Both the position numbers and the translations under genes were made by a program. A stretch of 64,000 nt of DNA. It comes from Fistulifera solaris (Eukaryota). The stretch's first letter is position 1. Each line of letters starts with the position of its first letter. This document shows positions 49,333 through 60,666 of the stretch, one piece after another. The DNA is taken from positions 248,001 through 312,000 of the forward strand of contig AP026123.1 of assembly GCA_030295235.1 (NCBI GenBank). The letters run 5' to 3'. Under the pieces are notes generated by a model. That model had not been told where the DNA came from and made no database searches. It worked only from the letters and a program-made list of their open reading frames with translations.

Positions 49333-50434
49333 ATGTCGACGACTCCGCAAACCGACCGCGTTCCGCTTCGAAAGCGATTTGGCAAATTCTTCAAGAAGCT
49401 TACTACTCCTAGGCCTCCAGCAACAAGAGCTAGATCCCGAGCACCGTAAGTGCAGCTTTGCTGTTGTTCTGCAGCCATTGGCGGCCCTGCCTCATTTGTC
49501 TTTTTTCTTCTTTTGTTTTGTTGCATCAGACCTCGTGATGACCAATTTCATTACGTTATCTCCGCTGCACAGGAAGACGAAATTCGAGAAAGCTTTCTCG
49601 TTGAAAAGTTGAGGGGTTACACACAGGTATGTTTGCTGTGAATGCTCCCGTGCGGTTGTCGAATGGAATGGAAGAGAATGACTGTGTGTTTTCTTTTTGC
49701 TCTAAATCTTCTCTCTTGCTACTTTGCAGAGTCTAACCGATTCCGATTTCGAATCGATTATGATGGACAAGAGCGATGCTGATAACAGTATCGAAGACTC
49801 CGGTGAGAAAGACGACGACGGTGAAGCCGAGAATGGCTTTATTGTTGTTCCCTTGCCAGGGACTAAATGTCACGACGATTCTCTCGATGACGCAGAAAAA
49901 ATGAACCGCAAAGTTCCTAATAATTGCGCCATTTGCCTCTCGTCTTTTGAACCCGAGGATCGTGTTACGTGGTCATCCAACAAGGAATGCACGCATGTGT
50001 TTCATGACTCGTGCATCATTGACTGGCTCAATTCGAGTGGTCGCCGACATTTGAGGAGACGAAGGCGCCAGGGCCAGCAAGAAGGCGTGCTTAATTATGC
50101 CAATGACCCGTTACGAAAGATTACTCGATTCCCTATGCCGTGCCCTTGTTGTCGCCAGGTGTTTGCTTTGTGCTCCGAGACAAACGAGGATGCCGCAGAA
50201 GAAATTGCTTCCGCGCAGCCGGCTCCAACCTTAGAATCGGCACATGCAACCGCTGTCACTGGTGACGATCACCCGGAACAATTTGCTGAATCTGTTGAAT
50301 CTGCTGTTCCTCCTGAGGAGTCGGATGAGCCGGAAGACGCTTCTTGCGTTTCCGACGAAGCCGCGAGTGACGACGATGCCTGCACCTCTGACATGGCTCC
50401 TATGACTGCTTTGACGTGCCCGATTGCAGCGTAG
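49333..50434 (+). CDS. RING-H2 zinc-finger protein (putative E3 ligase)
   Basis: CAICL...CTHVFHDSCIIDWL...CPCCR; two upstream GT-AG introns (~49446-49571, ~49627-49729). Confidence 0.8.
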
Positions 50435-50950
50435 AGGAATCTTAGTTCAGCCTGAAAGTTGATTAGAAGAAGTTTGACTCGCTGATAACACCTGTCTCAC
50501 ATTGAGTCACTACTGCGTAGAATAAGAATAGAAATGCTGGAACAAGTTAGTTTTCTCACCTCTTGACTCTTGCTTGGCTAGGGATGCGCTCTAGAGGACG
50601 ATTAGACAAGCAAGAAGAGACAGACAGTTTCGACGACCATTTCTGCAAATGATTGACTTTTACGCCGTAGGTAAATGCTACAAATTCCGTGTCTCTAGAT
50701 ATCGTGCCAAGATACAAGACCTAGTTGCATTCGCGCTCGGCACTAAAAAGTTGTGCCGACCAAAAAAGACCGAAAGTGACTCTCCCCTCACATTTTGGCA
50801 TTATTCGTTTTGAATCGAAGTGACAACAAGAATGACCGCGATTCTTCATCTACCTGGTAAAGACAAGAATTTTTGGTTCTATTTGAAGCAGCCATTTATT
50901 TTTTTTTAAAAGTCCACCACAAATACTGCTAATTTGCGTATCAGGAAACT

Positions 50951-51456
50951 ATGTTAAGGATTTCCAGATTGCTCATATTATTCTGTGCCCTCTTTGTACA
51001 ACTTTGTGGCGCTCAGGATTGTGACGTTGTCTGCGAGAGCAAGGTAAAGAGGCGGTTGCTGCTGCTCGTCAAGAACTCGAAGCGCAATTGAACAACAAAG
51101 TAGACGAGCTCGAGGCCTTGAAGCGAGTTCTCGAGACTGCTATTGCCCGTCGAAACGAAATGGAAAAGAGAACAGCTACTTATGTCAAAGAGCTTCATGA
51201 GGTCAAAAGAGAAGTAGACGAATTGAAATTAAGAGCAAGCGATACTAACGCAACGTTATCAAAAATGAAGGAGGAGATGAAGATTTCTCAGGAAAGATTA
51301 TTCTCTGTAACGGACCAGATGATGGAGAAAGACATCAAAATTCGAGAGCTAGAAGCAGTTGGAATAGTAGATCTACTGATGAGGCGGGCAAACCTTTTGA
51401 TCAAAACAGTCATTACTTCATTGAAAGGAAGTAGATTGAAAGAGCAGGATCTGTAA
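50951..51456 (+). CDS. Small signal-peptide coiled-coil protein
   Basis: MLRISRLLILFCALFVQLCGAQDC from ATG 50951 joins heptad-rich ORF 51088-51456 via a frameshift near 51045. Confidence 0.55.
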
Positions 51457-51695
51457 GCTCTCGACAAAATCCGCATCCTTTTCAGCGCGTCGACAAAGTG
51501 GGCAGTCAGCTATAAATGTCAATTTCAAACCACCTCAAGTATTAAGCGATCTAATTTCCTTCCTGGTCTCTAGCAAAGCTGTAGTTTGTTGCTGTAATGA
51601 GTAGGTTTGAATTGTGTTCAGTAAAGTAACGATGAGTCCTTCCCCGCAATCAATCGTCGCCAATACCTGCTAGGGTATAATTCATCCAAGGCAAG

Positions 51696-52563
51696 CTACG
51701 TTTCTTCCATTGTGATGAATTTCTCTCTCCGTGAGTCGTTCGTTATAGAGCGGAGAGGTTTAACATCGTGATGATGATGATGCTCCATGATTGCCTCGTC
51801 GTCGTCAGCTTCCTTACCATGGTAAAGGTAAAGCAAAATGGCAAACATCATGTACAGACCAGACAAGAACATGCAGGTAATAGCCAGTACAGTTGCTATT
51901 CTCTCGACTTCATATGGTTCCCTGTCTTCGCGATCGTGATCGTCTTTCCCATCTTCGACCTATAAGACCGAAAGAAAAATCGAGTCAGCTTTTTCGAATG
52001 CTATATGAACTGAAATCTCCCCTTTGACGACTCACCGTAACTTCCCCCAAAACAACAGCACAAACCAGTAAAATATTCGCAAAAACGACGACGGCACCCC
52101 CAAATATACCAGTCTTCATTCGCGAGACAGCGGGAGACGGAGAAGAAAAACAAGGCCCAATGTAATCACCCCGCAGCGATGTAAAGCCCACAATCGCCGT
52201 CGATCCATACAAATTAAGGGCGAAGCCCAAAATAACCGAATAAACCGCCACAAACGTCATACTCGGGCTATATAATTGGGTAAGAGCAATATACTCTTGT
52301 ATTTTCCGGTCCAGAGACCCGTCTTCTTGTCCTTGAGCTTGTCCTTCTCCTTCATTATTGTTGTTGTTTGCGTATTGCCGTTGATATTCTTCATATTGCT
52401 GTTCGTAGTAATGTTCTAACCGTATGTAATGCGCATGTATTTGAACCATCATGACCAAAGCCGCGACGAAAGCCACGAAATTCAAGACGGTGGTGATCGT
52501 CCAAGTAAAAGCGACCAACGAGCGTTTGCTGGTCAGAAACGAACCGCAGAGTGAACGCGCCAT
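51696..52563 (-). CDS. Hypothetical 4-TM membrane protein
   Basis: ORF 51985-52563, intron ~52037-51960, then exon VEDGKDD...IATVLAITCMFLSGLYMMFAILLYL...MEET*. Confidence 0.7.
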
Positions 52564-53098
52564 GGAAGAAGCCGACGGTACTGTTGCAGTAAATCAAATT
52601 GGTTCTCAAGGAACTGTACCGTGCTGTGTTTAGGAATGCTTTGTAAATTGTTGGCAACGTTACCGTTTCTATGAATATCTGTTTTTGTTTTCAAATGTCG
52701 GTCGGCTCGATCAAAACGTCAACAGAGACGCCGTTGAGCGCGCAGCAACCCGAAGCACGATCGTGACTCAACTATTACTAAGTCCCATTCTATGAACGGA
52801 AACAGGAGCGCGCAGGCGTGACCAATGACATTCTCATAGTAAAAGTGTAGATTACTTTTTTTACTGGTACTGGGTACCGGTACTGGTACTGGTGTTCGGG
52901 CATTTACGTGACTGCCTGTCATCGTGATTCACAAGTTTGGTTGAAGTCGTCCGCAAGTTGAAGGCCGGATTCGTCGGTCGGCAAACATTTCCCCGCCTCG
53001 CAACAATCGGTTGTTGCTGTTGTTCATCAAGTCTTGAACCAGACAGAATCAATCCACCCTCTCTTTCATTTCCACAATAAACAACTCAACTAATTACA

Positions 53099-54226
53099 AT
53101 GAATTACTGGCGCGCAGTGAGCTTATTACTCGCAGTGACCAGAGTACAGTCGTTCACAACACCGGTGACCTATCACACGAGACCGACGCGCCTCTTGTCG
53201 GCCGCAGTCGCTGTCAATGGCGACACTTCGGTGCATGTGAATGGTAGTGATGGTGAAAACACAATGACGATCCGATTGAATGTATACGAAAAAGCCCGAA
53301 CTGTCACTTCTGTTTGCACATCCGGAACTCTCTGTACGATTTCGTCACACGAAGGTATTGACGGTTCGCCGTTCGGATCGTTCGTGGATTACGTCCTGGA
53401 TGATGACGGCAATCCCGTCTTTCTCATGAACGAAATGAGTATGCATACAATCAATATCAAGAATGCACAACAAAGAATGAAAGACGACAACAATCCTTCG
53501 GCCATGGTCACATTATTCACTCAATTGGGCGGAAACACCAACAACAATCACGATGGTCCGTCCTTTGGGCCCGGTAGCTCGAGCAACTTGGGAAATAAAG
53601 GTCTACAGGATGTTTCCCGTTGTTCCCTGACGGGACGTTTGGAAAAACTGACTGTCGATGCTCCGGATATGGATGCTATACGAATGCGTTATTCCATTAC
53701 TCATGTTTATGCCGATCAGGTCATGGACTCTCCCAAATTCGCCTTTTACCGCTTGATTCCCGATAAAATCTATTTTGTAGGTGGTTTCGGTGTTCTTTCT
53801 ACGTGGGTCGACCCCGAAGATTACAAAAATGCCAATCCGGATATTCTCGCGACACAAGCCGCCGGAATATGTGCACGCATCAATCGGGATCATGACGAAG
53901 ATTTGCGCTTGACGGCACAGCACTTATTGAACATTGCTCCCAAAAATGCCGACGCCATTGAAAGTGTCCGCGTGACCACGGTCGATCGATTGGGGATGGA
54001 TTTGCGTGTCACCGCGCAACAGGGAACACGGAGAAACAAACTGCAGACGGATGAATTCCGTATTGGGTTCCGCATTCCCGTCCAGTCCGTCGAAGACGCC
54101 AAGTCCGAGATTCTGAAAATCTTTCAAGAAGCCTGGGAGAAAGGCAACGGTGTGGAATGGGGCGATAACGAGGTGCCCGGAGAGTCTGTACCGATCATGA
54201 AGATTGCGGCGGATAGTCTGGAATAA
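53099..54226 (+). CDS. Plastid glutamyl-tRNA reductase-binding / HugZ-like split-barrel + DUF2470 protein
   Basis: Signal VQS-FTT; GSPFGSFVDY, MSMHTINI, YFVGGFG, INRDHDEDL, VDRLGMDL and RIGF motifs. Confidence 0.8.
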   Translation: MNYWRAVSLLLAVTRVQSFTTPVTYHTRPTRLLSAAVAVNGDTSVHVNGSDGENTMTIRLNVYEKARTVTSVCTSGTLCTISSHEGIDGSPFGSFVDYVLDDDGNPVFLMNEMSMHTINIKNAQQRMKDDNNPSAMVTLFTQLGGNTNNNHDGPSFGPGSSSNLGNKGLQDVSRCSLTGRLEKLTVDAPDMDAIRMRYSITHVYADQVMDSPKFAFYRLIPDKIYFVGGFGVLSTWVDPEDYKNANPDILATQAAGICARINRDHDEDLRLTAQHLLNIAPKNADAIESVRVTTVDRLGMDLRVTAQQGTRRNKLQTDEFRIGFRIPVQSVEDAKSEILKIFQEAWEKGNGVEWGDNEVPGESVPIMKIAADSLE

Positions 54227-54866
54227 AAAATTCATTAATAGTAGCATGAGCCGATTTTTCAATCGCTTCGTTTTATTTTCGAAAACGATACGAGTGAAAT
54301 GACCTTAAAGTACTTTAAGGTGTTAAGAAAACGATCGTATGAGCATCGAGCGACTAGTTTGAAAAGTCTAGTTGATAATTAGTCTAAGGTGAATCAAGGA
54401 TTGAAAACCAAAATAATTCCGCTTGCGTGTCAGCAGGTCGTCTTGGCTATACTGAGGGTCTCGATCGACAGGCTGTCTTTGTAGATCTTATGAGAGTAAT
54501 CAGGTACTCGTGCTCGCGCTATTAATATCGTCCTACCAACATCAAAATTTGACTGCGATTCGTCGTTCGTGCAACCATCAAAACTGTAGGAAACAAAAAC
54601 TTTTTGTTGCTCGTACAGCAAAGAGCCTCAATCCGTTGATTTTCAGTTGTCGGGTATCATCGTTTCTTTAGCGCTAGTCTTTCATAATTTTTCAGGTGAG
54701 ATTTCAGAGAATCCGCAAAAAGACGGAAAAGGGTCATTTCCGACGCGAAGAGTCGACTTCTTTATACCACCAAGATTGATTCACGAAATCACAGCCACTT
54801 GTCGTTTATATTTTGTTCCCTTCATAAAGACCATATGAACAAAAGTTAAAACCCAGCGTATCCCCT

Positions 54867-55472
54867 TCAGTCATTGTGTTGTCGATTCACGGCAGCACGT
54901 CCCGGAACGGGCAAGATACGCACAAACATGAGATGCCCCACCGCCAACCCAGCTGCCACGGAGAACAAAAGCTCCAGCGAATACATCATGGCCACGATCA
55001 TAATGACATACCCCAGAAGCGACTGCAACGCATAAATAAGGATGAGAGCGATCTTTCGAAAGGACTTGTTGGGTGCCTGTGTGCGAAGAATCCATTCACG
55101 AAATGCGGAGATGGCTTCCATGACAATTGCCAAGAGAAAGGAAAAGACCATGGCTCCGCGGAATTGTTTCGGGCTGGCCAGTAACCACGAATTGAATAGA
55201 TAGTTCAAGCATTGTTGTTGTTCTTGCGATGATTGCAAAGGACGACCATCTTCATCATCAGCAGAATTGCCTTTTATCTTTAAAGACCAGTGGAAACCAT
55301 CCATAAACATAGTCATGGGCATGCCCGCGCAAAAGGTCGATGACGAAGAATCATCATTATCATTATGGGATTGCATGGAATGGTGTTCGTGTCCCGCCAG
55401 TGCTGTGTTGCGGCCAAAGAACACTACAACAACTGTTGCGAGGGTCAAGCTTAACGCTTTATGCGACAGCAT
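54867..55472 (-). CDS. CTR: CTR-family copper transporter
   Basis: His-rich N-terminus, MPMTMFM, YLFNSW, TM2 GYVIMIVAMMYS (MxxxM) and TM3 GLAVG. Confidence 0.88.
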   Translation of the reverse strand: MLSHKALSLTLATVVVVFFGRNTALAGHEHHSMQSHNDNDDSSSSTFCAGMPMTMFMDGFHWSLKIKGNSADDEDGRPLQSSQEQQQCLNYLFNSWLLASPKQFRGAMVFSFLLAIVMEAISAFREWILRTQAPNKSFRKIALILIYALQSLLGYVIMIVAMMYSLELLFSVAAGLAVGHLMFVRILPVPGRAAVNRQHND

Positions 55473-55924
55473 TATAGTTTTTAGATAGGTGATCAACTCG
55501 TATTCTGTGTTGCTCGTCGCCTCATCATTTGCGTTGATCTTTTTTCTACGCGTGATGCGATACAGCGAAAATGGTCAACTCATGACTACATTTTCGTCAT
55601 TCACAAAAATTGTACGGAGTAATATACATTGTAATATACACTTCACACCATAGTCATAATCCGCGAAATTCAAAAGGCCATCACCTAACGAGCATGGCTC
55701 CACCATAATAAGTCCAAACAACAACTTTAATGAACGCCTATACTTCACTTTAGATCCGTGCCTTTAATCAGCCTAAGATAAAGTGCCGAAAGCAGAGTAA
55801 TATTGCTCAAGAATAATGCCGTCGACAAGCTAAACCAAAACAGCAACAAATAACTCGACCAATGATAGCAGGAATTTTAAACATCGATTGTAATGATGCA
55901 TGATATTACTACTAGATATTAATT

Positions 55925-56512
55925 CCTTGTTCACAGTGCAACATCTCGTTGAATTGCTACGAAAAGCTTCCAGATCGGATGGACTACCAGGTTCACTATA
56001 GGGTCAAAGTGATGGTTTACGGAGACCATGACTGGTTTTCAGTCCCGAACATTCTGCGAATATCGATAGAAACTGCAACAAGTAGGTTGCCCAATGATAT
56101 CCAAAAATATGTTGATCGATGGTTTTGAGGCAAGGTATCATTACTGGAGCTTTTCACATTGTTCGAAGTACAACATCTCAGTGAATTGCTACGAAAAGCT
56201 TCCAGATCGAATGGACTACCAATGCACTATAGGGTCAAAGTGTTGGTTTACGGAGACCACGACTGAATTTCAGTCCTGAATATTCGGCGAATATTTATAG
56301 AAACCGCAACAAGTAGGTTTGCCCAATGATATCCAAAAATATGTTGGTCGAAGGTTTTACGGTAAGGTAGCAATACAAGCTTTCCTTGTTGTTTGAAGTG
56401 CAACATCTCGATGAATTGCTACGAACGGCTTCCAGATCGGATGTACTACCAAACATACTATAGGGTCAAAGTGTTGGTTTAACGAGACCATGACTGAACT
56501 TTGGTCACGAAC
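55925..56512. repeat. Tandem repeat, ~231-bp unit, ~2.5 copies
   Basis: CAACATCTC...GAATTGCTACGAA anchor at 55940, 56171 and 56401. Confidence 0.92.
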
Positions 56513-56827
56513 ATGAAACATAGAAACATTGGCCACAAACTAAGCCTTATTGCACAAGTATAGGTCCACGAATTGGAACCTAATCTGGTTTAGCATTATG
56601 AAAACATTGATGAAAGGCTGTAGATCGCTTCGAGTCATTGCCGTTGGTCGGCTTACGATATTTGTTTGAAAGCAGAGCGATAAGAAACTAAAACAATAGC
56701 GGTGTTGGACCCAAAAGTCAACAGAGAAATGACTGAATGATGAGCAATTTGAGAAATACGCTATAACAAATATTGCTGGGTGAGCTTGTCCACGTGAAAT
56801 AAAGCGATGTGCAAAATCCATTCCTGG

Positions 56828-58026
56828 TTAATCGTGTATTCGAACACAACCCATTTGTTTTGCTTTCCCTGGTTTGACTGCCCAATGTATTAAATGATTC
56901 CATCCGGCAGAGCCAAACAGAGATTTGACCGTTTCTCGTTCTTCTTCGTCCGTCAAAGACTCACTGTTTTCGGAAGACGTCAAGTGATCGGCAAAGCAAA
57001 TTGAAGCATTCTCGCCGTGAGCCCTGGCTGCTTCCCGAAACAACTGAAACAGTTCCTTGGGTTGACCATCGTTCAGAAACATCATAACCCCTTCAATGAC
57101 ATAAATTGTATGCCAAGTCTCGCCTTTCTGTTTATTCCGCGGAAATTCAGCTAGCACATCTCTCACTGCATCCAGATCATTCAAATCGACGGAAAGCAAC
57201 TCGGGCAGTTGCACGGGTCCCTTTGTTTTCTCTCGACGTTCTTTCAATCGTTCCAGCAACGCTCGTTTCCCATCAATCACCACGGGTAAATCCAATTCCC
57301 ATGCTTCGTGCACGCGAGGATTCTGTGACAGCATACGCGTCGCTCGTACATCATAACCACCACCAATGGCGACCAAACGAATTTTAGTGGCTGCCGGCAA
57401 ACGCGCGATTTCTTGTTGAATGCATCGATTCAAAAAAACGGTACGATATTCGACATTGGCATGATGCAACCGCGGATACAGCGAAATAGGAATGAGTTTC
57501 AAGATCCACCATCGGGAATAGTCGGGCATCATGTCGTAGGTCCACTCATCGTCTTGACAGACGGATTGCGGATCGACACTGGCAATGGCTTTACACCAGA
57601 GGACTTTGAGAGCATTTTTGTTTTCCACAGTCACGTCATTCCAATGCAGTAATGGTAACAATGCATTGTGCAGTTTCCAAGCTCTTCGAAAGAGCCATTT
57701 GGGAGCATTGGTTAGAGTCGGTCGAACGCCGAGCAAGAGAGCAACGTGCTTTCTTTGTGTAGTTGTTGTTGAAGCTGTTGTATTACCGTTGTTATGAGAG
57801 AGCGATCCAGTAGCCGCAAGAAATAATTTGGTCGTCCAGTAATTGAAATTAGAGACTGCAGAATGATGAATAATGAGTGAGAAAACGACAGCCAAAAATG
57901 ACGTATCTGCACAAATGATTTTTTTGTATTGTTCTCACCTCTTCCTGTCGCGGTCCTCCATGACGACGTCGCCGTGAGAAACACGGTTAAAAGTAGAATT
58001 ACAAGCTTAAGTCGTCTGAAATCCAT
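56828..58026 (-). CDS. LCM-type (leucine carboxyl methyltransferase-like) SAM-dependent methyltransferase
   Basis: LVAIGGGYDVR, WELDLPVV, VDLND and VIEGVMMFL motifs; N-terminal signal MDFRRLKLVILLL joins via a frameshift near 57925. Confidence 0.75.
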
Positions 58027-58107
58027 TGTCAATCCATTGAAATAGAAAACAAAACAAAAATGTGATTTTTTGGTGGGTGTACAATACGACGTGATCACCA
58101 TCATGCG

Positions 58108-58240
58108 TATCCAGAAAATCTGGGGTGAGGTATTTCGACGTGTCCATAAAATCTTGGTATATTATACTTGTAGTTGTATTTTGACCTCTACAGAAAATCT
58201 GGAGGAGTGGTCATGACACGTGACTGAAATTTAGTCATGA
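58108..58240. repeat. Degenerate CCAGAAAATCTGG array followed by a GAC-N9-GTC palindrome
   Basis: TCCAGAAAATCTGGGGTGAGGTATTTCGACG, TCCATAAAATCTTGG, CAGAAAATCTGGAGG; then GTGACTGAAATTTAGTCATGA. Confidence 0.7.
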
Positions 58241-58719
58241 AAAAGTTGACTTGACGTACACTGTATTGGTCCACAGTAAACTTCCTCAGTTGAATACTAC
58301 GTACAGCTGGTGTTCGTCCGTCATTACATCATGCAGTCCTCGTATAAAAAAAGTACCAGCAGTACAAAATCTACGTCTTTTTCCTACGTAGGGGCTATCG
58401 TCAACTCATCAAATCTAGAATTACTTCTCATAAAAAGACTGAAACTCAAGTTTGATCTATTACCATACTAATCATTTACATTCCACACATTTATGAATGG
58501 TTTTCGGTGGTTGATCTGCTGCCCACGATTGCGGATTACAACATAACGCATATTTAGCCTTCTGTCACGAGTCAGTCACGAATATTGAGAACATCATAAA
58601 GGTCACCATTGCGCAAGCTAATTCGACTATGTTTAGTAGTTACTACAAGCTCCAAAGCTTCAGAATAATGAAAAGCAACCTATAACAGAAGTCATTTTAT
58701 CACAGAAAGAAAGTTTCCG

Positions 58720-59400
58720 GTCTCTAGTCAGCTTCATGTTCCATTTCGTCATTTGACGACTCGTAATTGCGGAGCTAAAAATAGTCCTCGGCCTCATCTA
58801 CAAGCTGCTATGGTGACGGTAACGGCAACCAAAGTCTTGTCATGTCAACGTCAACGCATGGACCTGACTCCGAAGATTCTTTGTTTCTAGAATTAGTTTC
58901 TGCAGCGTCGTCGACATTGTCTCCATCGTTGTTGTCGTTGTTATTGTCTTCATCGTCACTCCAATCGTCCAACCGCTTTAACTCCTCTTTGGTCAAGAGT
59001 TTTTGCTGCTCAGCGGTCTTTACTACTGCATTGAGAAACTTATTATCAAAATCCATTGCGCATCGGTGCGTCCCAAATTATTTCGTAAATCGTTCAATTC
59101 CAAGGTATGTTTTGGGCGCTGCAAATCCTACTCCAAATTTTGCCGTTTTGCGATTAGCCTTGTACCGCTCTTGTACCAACAAGCGTTGTATACTTAACTC
59201 TTGAAATGGAAATTGTGGGTCATTGATGCTGCCAGTACCTGCGCTAGTTGTTGCTTGAGATTGTTCCTCGAACTGGCGTCGCGCGTTATGCAACGCAATA
59301 TAGGCCTGTAAATAATCCCGTTCCCTTCAGCTCGCGGATACCTCTGCACCGTTCGATTCGAAATTAAATTTTACACAATATAAGTTTTTCGATCCGCGAA
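58720..59400 (-). CDS. Probable frameshifted hypothetical protein; boundaries uncertain
   Basis: Consecutive coding-like segments RDYLQAYIALHNARRQF...QERYKANRK and MDFDNKFLNAVVK...DDEDNN. Confidence 0.35.
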
Positions 59401-59835
59401 CTGAGTTGTGTGGAACGAGATTTATCTATCAGAATGCTATGATCGGCAACTTCGAAAACAACACGAAAATTATCGCGATGGAGGAGGCTCGGAGGAGTTT
59501 TTGGACCGGTACTCAGGTCATGATTTTTTCCGTTGTGGTAGACTTCTACGAGGGCGACATGATGTAATGACGAAGCAACACCAGCTGTACAAATAATATG
59601 TAAAGGGTACGGTACCGGTACCGGTACGAGTGCATGTGTGACGTCACACTGCTCGTCGGTCATGCATGCACACGCGCTGCTGCTGCTGCTGCACTGCACT
59701 GTCTTTTACTATGCGGCGTACGCGACGATCGTTCGCTTTTACCGCAGCAACGCAACAGCAACAGCAGCGTCGCGCAATTTGTTGCTCTTCTTGTTTTGTT
59801 AAATCGATTGAAGAAATAACAAACGAATACGGATC

Positions 59836-60481
59836 ATGAGTCATTTGTCGGCCACCTCCCGTCGCGCTATGCGAACTGTCGAACAACGTGCCTCGATTGA
59901 CTGGTATGTAGGGATCGTCTTGATTTTGAAGGGGTCGGCCTTTGGCTATCGCCCTTTTATGCTTCATGTACTAATATATTTGTGTATTCATTCACAGGTC
60001 CCGACCCGTGTGGAGTTGCAGTCCGGAAGTATCAGCCAAGTTCAACAATTTCAAATCCTGGGTCGCCATGTCCGAGTCCATGTTTGAGAAATACCAAACG
60101 CCCCCGGCCCCGGTGGACTTTACCGCCGCCAAGAAGAATGTCCGCGACAAGCAACTCGTGGAACAACTCGAGGCCTTTTACAAATCGAGCTCGCCGCCTC
60201 CGGAAGTCAGTGTCATGCCCGAAGCTGAAAAGGCGAAGAGTGAGGAGAATATTGCGTATTTGCAAGAGTTGGATGCCTTTCACAAGGAATTCATTCCGGT
60301 GGTCGAGAAGGAGATTGAGTTCTTGCAGAACAACCGAACGACTGCGGATACTACTCTCTTTGATATGCAGGTGGCTTATCCGTTGATCCATGAAGAGGTA
60401 GAAAACGAGTTGGAAGCGCGTGAATGGTTCAAGGATACGGAATACGAGAAGAAGGGAGGTGGAGATCACCACCATCATTAG
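59836..60481 (+). CDS. ATP5H: Mitochondrial ATP synthase subunit d
   Basis: Exon 1 ...RASIDW, intron 59904-59997, exon 2 PAPVDFTAAK...LVEQLEAFYKS...YPLIHEEVENELEAREW. Confidence 0.8.
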
Positions 60482-60666
60482 AATACATAACAGTGGTAGC
60501 AGTCCTTTCCTTTTAGTTATGATTACTAGTCTTTGTAGGACACCAGCTTGGATGTGCGGAGTAAAGGTGTTGCGGCTCCATGCTAATTCAAATTTAGAAC
60601 AAGATAACACAGCGTTGTGTTTGATTATAGCATTTTATATTATGACAGTAGTGCGGTGGCGCTCTT

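Noticed and set aside
53099..57895. Metal/heme gene cluster (HugZ-like, CTR, methyltransferase)
   Set aside because: The proteins have different predicted compartments and there is no evidence of co-regulation; adjacency is expected by chance in a compact genome.
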